From positions 806,001 through 870,000 of the forward strand of contig CM120649.1 of NCBI GenBank assembly GCA_051362555.1: a DNA stretch of 64,000 nt, given 5' to 3'. A program made the translations under genes and the position numbers. Positions 23,260 through 35,611 of the stretch are shown piece after piece. The notes under the pieces are model-generated. The model was not told the DNA's origin and made no database searches. It saw nothing but the letters and a program-made list of their open reading frames with translations. Position 1 is the stretch's first letter. Every line of letters starts with the position of its first letter. The DNA is from Lingula anatina. Lineage: Eukaryota; Animalia; Brachiopoda.

Positions 23260-26200
23260 CTGTTCTACTCCCTCAGGTCTTCCAGTTACACATTTGTATG
23301 AAGGACTAATGTGCAATTTTGTGACAGCTTCAAGAACTCTAGTAGAGAGCAATTCGAAACCGCTTGCATTTCTTCCTGGCGGTTGTAAACGATTTAATAT
23401 ATCTGAGTGCAGAATGTTACTGTGTTCAAAGGTGGAAGAGAAGTGCAACCAGATTCGACTAGAAACTGTCATGTTAGTTCTTCGTCATTTTCAGGTCACC
23501 GACTTTCGCTGGCGAATTAGGCCAACGTTTGCATATTGGGAAAACTGATTTCAGTTCATACCTGAATCGAGCCGGGTAGGCGAACTGTTCAAAAGTATTT
23601 GTACATGTACACCGATAATTGCATGTCGATATGATGGATTGGAACGCATTACATACGGTGTAGTTGAGGTTTTCTTCATGAGATACATAGACGTTTTGTT
23701 TCCAAATGTAGGTATGAATAAACCTTTGTCGTGTGTGCTCTGCTGAACATGATTGTTGTAGCGATTTTTTCCAATTTAATAATTAAACTAAACAAAAGGG
23801 AGACTTGTGGGTAGGGGATCTACCTGTGGGGTCATCACATGTTAGAACACCTCAAAGCGTATTTGTGCAGCTATATCACTACAGAATGCATCTCAAAGAG
23901 AAATCAACCGCAATCTGAACCTGGCGACTGGTGTGACAAGAACGGTACTCCGCTATGAACCGTAGTCCGTTCCCTATTACTTTGTACAGGTGACATTCGT
24001 GGCATATACCAACCCAAAACTACGACTTATCCTAACCTGTACTAATCTTACGTGGCCCCGGACTTCCATTCTTAGGACTACCATTCCTGTCACATCGGCA
24101 TTGCAGATTGGCATTTTTTTTTTCTTTATTACGGTAACATCTCTAGAAGACTGTTGAGATAAGGGGATGGGCGGTCCAAATATAGAAACATTAACTTTTT
24201 TACTTTTTTTCAAACCTAGTCGTGTGGCCTCATTTATGTTATCATTCTCAACCTGTTCCTCGATGAAAGTCATTCTTGAAAAACATGCACTGAGTGTCCT
24301 GATTTAATTACTGTGAAAGGGTTTTACCAATATACCGTGTAATTACATGCATAAGTCGGTTTTGTTTTAAGATTGCTTCCGATTCCCGGCAATCCAATCC
24401 GACAACTGAAATCCAATTGTGCCGCTTGCTCGACAAAAGAAGAACCCTGGAAAACGGGGGGAGAGGACACCGGTTGTGGTTTCAAAACTTCTTCCTATTG
24501 AAGAAGGTTCTAATAGTTTATTTCTTAGAAAGACCAGAACGTGTTTATGTTCATGTATACTATGATGTCCATTGTTTCAGACGCTTTAAGTCACGAAGCG
24601 ACAGATGACGCCGACCACACAAACTTCTTCAAAAACATTCATCGCGAAAGACATTTAGCCTTAACCGTCTTAAATGACGTTTTGACATTTTACCTTAATT
24701 AAAATGCCCTTAAAGCACTTGCTAGAGGAAAAATGAGCAGAAATGTTGCATTATATATATATGGGTGTTTCAAAGAGTGCACGTGCCTTGTGGCACATGC
24801 TGTTTTGCATTATGCAGATGGTCGCTTTGGTGAATGATTCCATATAAAGTCTAATGTACCTCTCATTAAAATAAACTAAATGCCCTTAAACAGTGTAAGT
24901 AGACGTTGTGGGAATTTGATACATGTAATTTGGAGCGCGCATTGTGATTTAAAGAATGGGTCACACACGCTCTGTGGCGTCAGCTCTTTTTGTACGAGCA
25001 AAGGCATATACATGTACATCTGAGGTCGCGCAACGTTAAATTGATATCCTCCCAATATTAGATGGAACGTATTGAAAGGGATGGCATCTCTTCATCTCTT
25101 CATTTTGGAAGGAAAAGTGCAGAAAAGAACTGATTTTCACATGGATAAAAGTCAGTTTTCCAATACATGTGCTTTCCCATGGTTAATGGATCCGTCCCGT
25201 AGACTGTTTTTTTTTTTTTTTTTTTTTTTTTAATGATCTCTTAAGAAATTATTACGGAGGAAAGCCAGAATTATTGCGATAACCTCCGATATGTGATGGA
25301 ATGGAATTTATTACATTTCTATGTTTTGTTGTATTTATTGTAGACTTTTGAATCCCATATGAATTAATTTATTCCCTTAATTTATATACACTGTTATTAT
25401 AATACAGCAATACAACAGGTGGTCCTTCAGTTGTGTGATTTCGTTTCATGATTTAAGAAGATTGCCGTCTCTTGCAATGTATTTGTTTGTCAGTCTTTGT
25501 CATAGTTATGAATATACAAGTCTGTCTTGATCGAATTAATGCACAGTATGACCTTAAAGGTACAGGGTACCTTTAAACCTATGATCCAATATCTTAGTTA
25601 AAACCTACTTAATGCCATGGCTATGGTGATATCTACATTAATAAACCTTATTTGACCTGACATAATGATAAGAGTGCATCAGGCTTTTCTGGCGACGTAT
25701 TTCCTTGTTTAATTGAAGGATAATCAGCGTTCGCACGGCGTCCACAAATGGTTTGTTCAAGGGGGTGAACTCCCAAGATAATGTACGTTGAGTCCATTGC
25801 TAATTTTGTCACGCATGCATGTTGGATTTCTTCGTCCCAAATGTGTGCATGATATATTGCACATTTATTACTTACTTATGCCCGATTATAAAAAAGTGGT
25901 CAGATAAACAGTGCAATACCAGCTTTGCTTAGACGGCTATTCGGTTTAAGCAGTCTAAGCTAAACCTAAGTATCTTCGACTTTTTAAGAGTCCGGTCCTT
26001 GAAAATATTTACCCATCAGCGAAAAACAGGGAGGGATTTGAAGTACACATTGAAGTATAATTCAATCAAAAGCTCTCGGAACACATTTTCATATTTCAGA
26101 ATTGTCCCATTTTCCCGACACACCAGCAGCTTGTTACACTTCATAGATGCTTCAGAAAACCATGCAAACATTTTGTATCGAACAAAAGCGTTTTTTCCGT

Positions 26201-26437
26201 AGTGATCACTTCGCTATCGATCGGCTTTATTCGCTAAAGGTCGGCCTAATGGAGATACGTGTCTGAATTCACTTCATATGTTTTCGTAATGGCAAGCAAC
26301 AGGACATGCCTTAAAATATTATCTTGTATAACATATCACTCATAACTTTGACGTTGACCTTGACCTGATTTTTCGAATGGCCGGCAAATACTAATGGCAT
26401 TGTATTTTGAGAAAGTTGCCTCATTATCACTATTATA

Positions 26438-26471
<34 letters not shown>

Positions 26472-27379
26472 GTCTATATCAAGAGATATAAGGAAAGCCT
26501 TCATCATACGCTGTAAGTTCTCTTTCAAGGCACGTACTTTGCAGACGGCTACATTAAAGTTACACCAATAAGTGTCACTGATATGCGTGCTGCATTCACT
26601 TTGTTCTTAGAAACAAGTGCCCCACCCCTAACTCATGATTGTCACTCTACCCTAAACCTGGTACGAAGATGAAATCCCTTTTTTAATGTATGTGTAGTGT
26701 CGATAACGCGCAAATGCCAACCGCGAGTATTGTACTGGTGCGTAGCTCTCGTTAAACAACCAAGTATGTTGCTACATGTACATCCATTTTATAGGTCTTT
26801 GTTATGTTACATGCCATCTAGAGTAGCAAGAGTCCGCTTACACTTTACAATCGTTAAGCCCGTTATAGGATTGCGTATAGCTTTAGTTGACACGGCAAAC
26901 GATGCCAGTAACAGAGAGACAGTTGCTTGGCAGAGGAGGCTCTTCTCAAAAAAAAATAAGTATGCCTGTTGACGTACTTTGAGGTGGATTTGTACGAAAT
27001 GCATGGGATGGAGATTGTCAAGGTAAGGCTGTCATTTTGATGGTTTAAGATATGAATTAGGCTGCAAGCCGTTGGTTTTATCTTGTAGTATCTGTAAGCA
27101 AGGTGAGCGGTATAATTGTCGATGAAAATTATCAAACACTAGCAGAAAAACTTTCATACCGTTAGCTTATGGCCAACCTAGACATTTTTGCCCATTTACG
27201 AGATTTTTAGGGTTTAATTGTCGTCTGTAAAGGTTTCGGGCACTTTTTTTACAACGACATCAGTTGCAAGCTTAAGGTAAGACCTAATTCTGTCCAGACC
27301 CAAGGCACTATTAGATGGGGAGATTTCGTATCCAGACTAAAGTCGATCCGGACGCAAAGCAACACTTAACGCTTGCAGA

Positions 27380-27560
27380 ATATTTATTCAGGTTTGCAGA
27401 TAAAGAGGCTGGGCTGGGTTCGAGGGGGGTATTAGTTTGAGCTATATTTTAAAACCCAGTCTGTATTCTGCCCTGAAACAAATCAATATGTTTGGAAATA
27501 TCCAGGAATGTGATACCATTCTCTCTCAGGTGATTGGAAACTGTGAATGATAGCAAGACT
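27380..27560 (-). mobile_element. Possible decayed Penelope-like RT fragment
   Basis: Minus-strand peptide ENGITFLDISKHIDLFQGRIQTG resembles the PLE motif I.FLD..I....G.I.T; it is interrupted by stops. Confidence 0.25.
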
Positions 27561-30500
27561 CCATGTGGTGTAATGCACTCCTTGTAGAGTGCAAGATTAG
27601 CGGCAGTTAGCTATCTGTTGGATTCCTGGTCTCTCCTCGTCTTAATTGTGTTTCTATGGCATCTCGCCTTCTGTAAGAAGCATAGGGCCAATTGGCTTTT
27701 ATCCTATTCTAGAGAATTGAGAAACCTCAGTCGTGTCACACCACGCGGGCCGGGGAAAGAGCCAGCTTGTAGAGCCCCTTGGGACAGAACACTCTGCCGT
27801 TGGTGGCAGATCGTCAAGGTTTTAGCGGCTGTTCAGTTGATTGAAGAGGTGACGCCATGTTTAGGTTGAACGGTTCTTTGGTTGGCGCGGTAGCCTATAA
27901 AAAGTCAATTATGTAAAATGACTGAATGCAATCATCGGTTATTTTCAGAATAGGATGGTCTTATTATAGGCTCGGATCATATGGAAAAGGAAGAATTGGA
28001 CCAAAAAAGATGATAAGATTGTTGCATGCTTTTTGTTCTTATTGTTCTCACGTAGAGCGTGTGTTAGTACATGTATCAAATATTCGATTTAATATTACAA
28101 TGCTGTGCTTTTTTTTTCTTTTATCAGTGAGAGTAGTGAAAGTTGTCATCCGATTAAACCACGTAGGTTCCACATTGAACACAGGGGGATCATGCAATGA
28201 TCTCGCGTTCGTGATTTTTTTCATAATGTACTCGAGTTGGACGGCATAAGTAAAGGTATTTTTCGAATATAATTTACGATGCAAGGTGCTTAAGAAGAGG
28301 GAGAGTTTAAGATGCGTAAACCACTAACTGATTAACTGTAATTGTGGAAGAATATATTTTAATGTGAAATAAAGGAATTCTTGAGCGGTAATTTCAGAAA
28401 CGGCTAGAAAAGTAAAATAATACGCGTAGTATTCAGTAACCATACTGGGTCGCCTATGATAGCATTCATTTAACTTTTTTCGCATTCGATCCGCGTAATC
28501 TACCGCTGTATTTTGCGTGCCATGTGCGGGCAACTTATTCCACTAGCAATAACTAGATACTATATCTTCACAGTGCCATCTGTGCAACCGGAGGACCGTG
28601 AATGTGATAAAACTTATCAATGCCGTCAATTAATACATGCTGAGGTATTTACATTTTTATTGGAATCCAGACAAATTCTAAAAGATACGAAGACCACATA
28701 TCAATCAATGATCCAGGGTTTTGCCCTGGGGTTTTGTTGGAAGGAATGGAGGGGGTAGGAAGAGAAAATAGTCGCCTTATGGGTACCATTATACAGTTCG
28801 CTAGGGCACTATTACTGTAACACGCGTGGAGGGATGAAATATGGGTTGGATTCGTTTTATGTCGCTCGGTATACTGTATTTTACGTGAAGGTGAAAAGGG
28901 AAGAATGGGTACCTGCCAGTGACTCCCAGGAGGGGGGGGGGGGGTACGAGGCCTCTCTGTCCTCTTCCAAGGCCGCCATTAAATATGTCCCCTGTATGCA
29001 GGATTTCGCTGGTGTCTGTCGGTCAATACGTCCTCATCAATTCTAACATTTCAGTCACACGCGTTTGATAAGACATTAGCATGTTTATTAGAAACAGATT
29101 GGAAATGATATGCATAGGGGATAAATAGATACGATAACAGACTTTAAAAATGAGTAAAAAAGCGTGGCGCAGTTCTCAGATCCCGAGTAAAGCCAGAAAT
29201 GTAACCTAAGGAACAATGGGTAATTTACATTTTTATTGGATTGAAACGAATGGAAGGCATAAGCACGCGACGTTGTAATGGGCGTAGTAGACAAAAAGCT
29301 GTTTATTCAAGACGCACCGTTACACAACCATTAAATAAAAATTACATTCTTGATATGCGGATGGCGTGTAGGTAAGATTTGGCCCGATCTGTAAAAACCA
29401 CGAGCACAGTGATAATATAGACACGCGAAACTCGACTTGGATTCCGGAAAAAACAACTTCTAACCACATTCGACCCAACTCGAACAGCGATGTTCATGTC
29501 TGTTTCACACACCATGCAATATAGAAGCCACTATTCGTGCGAAGTCACAACAGCAAGTAGTTGATCGAAAAAGCTCAGGGGATTCCGGAACCTATAGAGT
29601 TGTTCGTTATAGCGGGAGTGTCCTTAGTGTACAAACTGTTAGAAGAAGAGTGAATTTAGCAAGACCTATAAAACTGTTTGGCTGCAGGCGAAGAAAGATA
29701 TTGCAGAGGCGGATACAGGATTATTTAATGGGGGAGGGGGTCCGGAACGACAGGCCTACATGTAGGAAGTTAAAACGCCCAACGCCACCTTTGTGTGGGG
29801 TTAAGGGCCTGTTCAAAATTTTTTGGTGTTTTGGAGAGTACGGTTAAGAAGTATCATGTAGCTAGTCAACATTCTAATTTCAAGAGGGTAATATTGGTGT
29901 GATATCATTTTCACAAACCGAAGGGGGGTCTGGACCCACCTTACCCCCCCCCCTCTCTAAATCCTTCACAGCATTGGTCGCAGGCGTTTTACCTTCAAGT
30001 CATTAAGTCATAAAACATTGCTTAATATTCAACATCTTTATATGATATTCATCAACACAAGGAGATCGTCGTTGTAGTAAGTAAGCAAAATAAGATCCAG
30101 TGCACATTGTTTTTGTTATTGTAATAAAACAAGAATATTCACAACTAATACCACGGAAATTTTAATACTGGGTGAGCCACACCTTAGATTTTGACCCACT
30201 TAGGTCAGGCTAACCCTAACCATTATAACTAAATGGAGGACGGCCTTTCTGTTACACGGATCCTCAGTTTCGTTACCCCGGGTAAGATTCAATAAATCAT
30301 TTAGACTCGAAATGATATCATTGGAAGGATAACAACAATTCGATTTGAAACAGAATGCGGTATTTACCAAAAGGGAATGTATAATATTACAGCATTGAGA
30401 CAATTTTGTCGATAATTAACGAACGAATAATTATGGGTTTGGGCTGTTATATTCTAATATGTTTTGTGCAAGAGTGAATCTAAGGAATGCCTGTTCATGC

Positions 30501-30959
30501 ACAAATAAAATCATGGATCTCTCTCTCTCTCTCTCTCTAAACTCACTCATTTAATGAGAACCAAATTGCAAATTACAAATTAGGATCGATCTTATGAACG
30601 TATTTGGGACTTAGATGTGAGCAATCTGCAGTTGCACACTGGTCTGCAATTAGTTCATACCCAAAATAGCTGATCTTATAACTCAAGAATGATTCCCTGT
30701 AAATTAAAGCGTGGACTTTTTTTAGTTGAAGATGTCTTAGAGGTTATACGGTCCTTCCGTTGTTTTGCTGCTGATCCTTATATAGCATTGGGCATGCTTA
30801 CTTACGAGAATTCGATGCGGTTTGTGAAATCAATTTGTTTAAGGAACTTATGAACGGAATAATTACGGTAGTATTTGACGGCTGAATAATCAATTATGCT
30901 GCGTTCTTGTGTCATCTATGAAGAAGTGGTTACACAGCTAGGCGTGAGGAGAAATCGGA

Positions 30960-31141
30960 TTGTGTGTGCGGGAGTTGATGCGTGTTAGTGTGTGTATGTG
31001 TGCATGTTTGTGTGTGTGTGCGTGCGTGAGTCTGTGGACATGTGTCTGTATTTAAACGTGCATTCTCACACGCATGTGGTTTATATTTCATCTGTGTGCA
31101 TGTATAAAAGTGCATGTGTGTGTGTGTGTGTGTGTGTGTGC

Positions 31142-31205
<64 letters not shown>

Positions 31206-31206
31206 G
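30960..31206. repeat. Imperfect (GT)n microsatellite region
   Basis: Directly visible. Confidence 0.93.
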
Positions 31207-32618
31207 ATATCCATACACAAATATCTATACTCCGAGCATTCTTCTGTCATCTTAATCCAAAGACTTGTCGATAAAAAGACACTAAAATGGCCGGCAGTGT
31301 ACACACGTTATCTTGCTTACACGGTTGATCTGAGTCTAGGAACTTGGCAAATATAATTAGACTCAATAATTCACCGTAATCTACTTGTCAATATTGGCCA
31401 ACACATCTCAAACAAATCACTGCACGCTCTAATACAGTGCACTTGTTGCTTTGCCTTACGGGAGGAAACAGGCCCGGATAGCAAGGTATATGCATGTATA
31501 CATGAACATCTATCTAATAGCTAATCCGTCTAATCCAATATCTAAGCATATAATTTTCAATGATAATTTATCATGCGTTTAAAACCAACAGCACTCAGAG
31601 TTGCTATTTTTATTAGAGGAAAGAAAAAAGCAAAGTATGAAGAATAAAAACAAATAACAATCATAAAGAGAGGAGGCAGTGTTGTGACAATGAAAAAATA
31701 CATTATCTATGCACACACTGTACAATACTAATTATCATGCTAGGAACAGGGTGACAAACCCAAACCCTGAAACCTTGGTATCAACGAATTTGAGGACTTT
31801 ATTAGTTTATATTAGTTTATATGGACGATAAGCGGATTGGGGAGGGTAGCCGCCTGCTCACCTTGTAAAAACTACTAATTCAGGTGGTCGAAAGTCATGT
31901 TGCTTTTCGTATTCAAATGGTTGTGTCATCAAATAGTTGAGATATTTTGTTTGAAAAGGAAATCATGTAGACGCCGAATTGCTGTATTGGGTTTTAAGAT
32001 AAGAAATAAGTAAATAAAAAACGATAAATATTAATAAGGTGGTATATAGAGATAAATAAATAAATAAATAAATAAATAAATTTATCACCTGGCTACGTCG
32101 CCTAGGTAGGTGGCAAGTGGAATAATTTCTCATTTAGGTCTGTGCCAGGATTACTTCACCAAGGCCACTGTCTAATGTTATGTCTAATGTTATGCGTCTT
32201 GTCCTACATCGGATGTTACATGCGCTGCGCTTTAAGTTCAAGTTGTATCGATCTTATGTCAGCTCGGGTCTTCTTGATAGATTAGCGATTGTAGAAAAAT
32301 AGAATAGAATATTTGCTGAACCTTGTGCAGCAGCGATCAGGGCGTGCAGAAAATAATGATCCCGCGAATCTGTGTTAAAATATGCTCTTTGATGAATATT
32401 TGGTTGATCGTGAGGGGGGATGGGGGGGGCGCCGGGAGAGGGGGCGGGGGGTGGGGGTGGCCCGGGTGTTGATGAAGATGGGGGCGGGGGGGGGGGGGGG
32501 GGGCTTGCAGGAATGCTCACCTTTGATTTGGAGGAGCAGCTTAACAAGTTGAGCAATGGAGACACAACCAGGTCAATTTCGCCCCATTTTCCACCCATTC
32601 CGTAGCAACATCGTCTTT

Positions 32619-32840
32619 GACTGGTTTCCCATACCTAGATCGATCTAACAGGATCGATCCATCTCCAAGGGGTTTCTCGCTAAATTGCTTTCAATTTAAG
32701 GGGCTTAGATCTCCGGCACGCCTACTGAAGCTGCTAAACGATAATTAATTACTATGTAGCGGCTTCAGTAGGCGTGATTGCAATTTAGCGAGAATCCCCA
32801 AGGAGATAGATCGATCTACTTAGGGTCTGGGAATGGTCCC
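32619..32840 (+). mobile_element. MITE family A, subfamily A2
   Basis: TAGATCGATCTA at both ends, internal inverted repeats TCTCGCTAAATTGC/GCAATTTAGCGAGA and CACGCCTACTGAAGC/GCTTCAGTAGGCGTG. Flanks are TTT/TTC. Confidence 0.8.
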
Positions 32841-33263
32841 TTCGTCTTTTATTAGCCGGAATCTTGGATCTGAAATATGAACTTGCCCTCCCGCTATATT
32901 CATTAATTTCGTAATGGAGATTTTCTTGTTCCAAAGGCTTTTCTCGAAATTAATAATATGTCTGATGAACTTTGCATTAAAAATAACTTTGGCAGGCAAA
33001 GAATTATAAATCTTACACGCAAACGTGTGAAAGTTAACTGCTATATCTGTGTTGAAGTTTCCTGTGTCTATTGATGGTTATTTTGAGAGCAGTTTCCTTT
33101 ATACAATAATAATGCGTAATACAAATACGTAGGGGATAAAATTTTAGTAAATATAGAATTCTGGATACGGTGATCAATAAAGTTGAATGGGGAAACATCC
33201 CCAGATCTTCACCTTTACACGCAGTAGTTTTTGACCCATGCCCCTGTGTCTTTGTTAATATCA

Positions 33264-33727
33264 GGGCGTCCAATATAAGGGCGCATTCCCATAGATTTTA
33301 GATCGATCTATCCCCGTGGGGAGTCTCACTAGATTACTGTCAGATAATCCGGCTTAAATGTCCGTCCCGCCTACTACAAGCTGTAAGGGGGTAATTAACT
33401 TTCGTGCCCGCTCGGCTGACAGCTATTTAGCGTGAACCCCCAGGGAGTTAGGTCGATCTAGTTGGATCGAGCTAACCTCTGGGAATAGGGTCTAAGTTAA
33501 ATCGCAATAGGTGGCAGGCACTCACCCCACGGACACTCTTGCTGAATGCAATTAGATTATCAGACTAACACCACCTGGCGTTAAATAAAATACAGAAAAG
33601 TTGGTGATTTTACGAGCATATGAAACAAAAGGAGGCCCGCTAGTCTGTTACACTGATTGCATTCAGCGAGATCCCCCCTAGAGTTAGTGCAACGCAACTA
33701 TCCCAATCATACTTATTATGAGCGCCC
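33264..33727. mobile_element. Older Tourist-like MITE whose left TIR is interrupted by the family A copy
   Basis: Removing 33279-33495 gives GGGCGTCCAATATAAGTTAAATCGCAATAGGTGGCAGGCAC, which resembles the reverse complement of the right end (GGGCGCTCATAATAAGTATGATTGGGATAGTTGCGTTGCAC). Inner IR TCTTGCTGAATGCAAT / ATTGCATTCAGCGAGA. Confidence 0.6.
33279..33492 (-). mobile_element. MITE family A copy, inserted in another MITE
   Basis: 214 bp, TSD TAA (33276-33278 and 33493-33495). Core is nearly identical to the reverse complement of 35217-35430. Confidence 0.88.
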
Positions 33728-35216
33728 CCTATAATTAAGCCACAGAAACATATTTCACTTCAGTTACACGGAACAAAAACTGAAGACTTGCATTGAACAA
33801 TGAGCAAAGGAAAACCAACAAGACAAAAGCATTTACACTGACCTTATTTAGCGCGTTGTTTTCCTAAAATTGTGACCAAAACCGCAAAGACCAAGTTATA
33901 GCAGAAATAGTGGCACTGACGTCACCCAAAACTCGTGTCTCTTAACTTGGGATTTAAGAGCTATTCCAAGGCATATTGAGGATCCCAGTGCAATCTAGTC
34001 GGCTAATGAATTTAGTAAGTCGGCTTCCGATTTGTGAGTTCGTCTTTTGTTCAGTTTTAGCTCAAGTCTTATTAGTCTGTTTTACCATTGAGCGGATATT
34101 TTAGCCTTACACGATGTACTGTAACATTTTGATAGATTGACAACTTAATGACTTGGTTACTGCGTAAGAGTGTCACCTGAACGACTTTAATTAACTAAAC
34201 AACAGGAAGCGCACTTGTGGAAACTTATTACAGAGAAAGAACTCTGTAGCGTACATGTAATTACTTGTTACGACCTCTACCGTTGCAGATTTTGTCTCGA
34301 ATGTGACTAGAATTGAAGACATCTGGTCTGTGTTCGCAGACGGTATCATGTTTAATATACAGCTGCATAACTAGGATGGAAAAGCGTCTAGGAGAAACCG
34401 CAATTTCTGTACATATATATGTACATGATTTATTTTAGACAGTCATGCAAACACTCTAAACTCGTTGTCTGAGATGATAATTTGGAAAGCTCTCTTCTAA
34501 CCTGCACGTGGACTTTCTGTGTGATGTTTCTTTGTACTTTTATACGAAAATAAAACGCGGTTAAACGATTGCCTGGTACCGCCGACGTGACGTCTTTTAT
34601 CAATCGATGAGGATTAAAATGTGTGCTTTTTGCGACAAGGTTGGTTTTGTGACGCTTCTGTAAATTGTTTTATTAATTGACAATGATATATCTGACAAAT
34701 CCAAAGAAAAGAAGACAAAGCAGTTGTCAGTCGCGACTGTGAAGTCCTTTTTCGTTGATAACGATGCAATGTTTAGCATACGTCATTCTGTTTAGCCGAA
34801 CTGACGCGTTCAAATCCAAATGTCTCCACCAATGCTTGGAATTTCCCAATGCGGCGACATATATTTTTTTACGTTCAAAAGAAACTGGTCCATTTAATGA
34901 ATCGCCGATTGTCGACATCTGTCTTATGTTTATATGTTTAGCCACGGATTATGTATAAGGCACCATCTGCACAACGACAGAAATTTGATAAAGGTAGTCA
35001 TTTCATATAGCATTTATCAGTACATTTCAGCCCATGAAAATTGCAGATAAGCTGCTAATTTGTGCCCTTCTTGTCAGTTTTTCCCCCCAAGTCCTGGCGG
35101 TAAATTTAAACTATTTACTCATTAATATCCATTCTTGGCCAGCTTCTTGTCGGTGAGATACATGTATTGTGGAGAAATCACAAAAACGAAAGCTGGGCGC
35201 CACGCGTCCAAACTAA

Positions 35217-35430
35217 GACCCCATTTCCAGAGATTAGATCGATCTACTTTAGATCGACCTAACTCCCTGGGGGTTCACGCTAAATAGCTGTCAGCCGGGC
35301 GGACACGAAAGTTAATTACCCCCTTACAGCTTGTAGTAGGCGGGACGGACATTTAAGCCGGATTATCTGACAGTAATCTAGTGAGACTCCCCACGGGGAT
35401 AGATCGATCTAAATGTCTGGGAATACAGCC
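35217..35430 (+). mobile_element. MITE family A copy
   Basis: 214 bp, TSD TAA/TAA, same core as the other family A copies. Confidence 0.88.
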
Positions 35431-35445
35431 TAAGATGCAGATTGA

Positions 35446-35611
35446 GAGCGCATTCAGTCTCACACATCGTACCAGCTGGACCGGTCCAACTCTGCGGGGG
35501 ATTTCCACCGAAGTGCAATCAGTGGAATCAGCTTAATTTTCTGAAATGCCTAGCACTTTAGCGAGAATCCATAGCAGTTGCACCGACCCATGTGTGAACC
35601 TGAATGCGTCC
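35446..35611. mobile_element. Tourist-like MITE adjacent to the family A copy
   Basis: TIR GCGCATTCAGTCTCACACAT / ATGTGTGAACCTGAATGCGT. Contains the TTTAGCGAGAATCC motif shared with family A2 and is followed by TAA. Confidence 0.6.

Noticed and set aside
32254-32605. Pro-rich / Gly-rich ORFs resembling a formin or WASP segment
   Set aside because: Derived from G homopolymer runs, with no codon structure or splice context.
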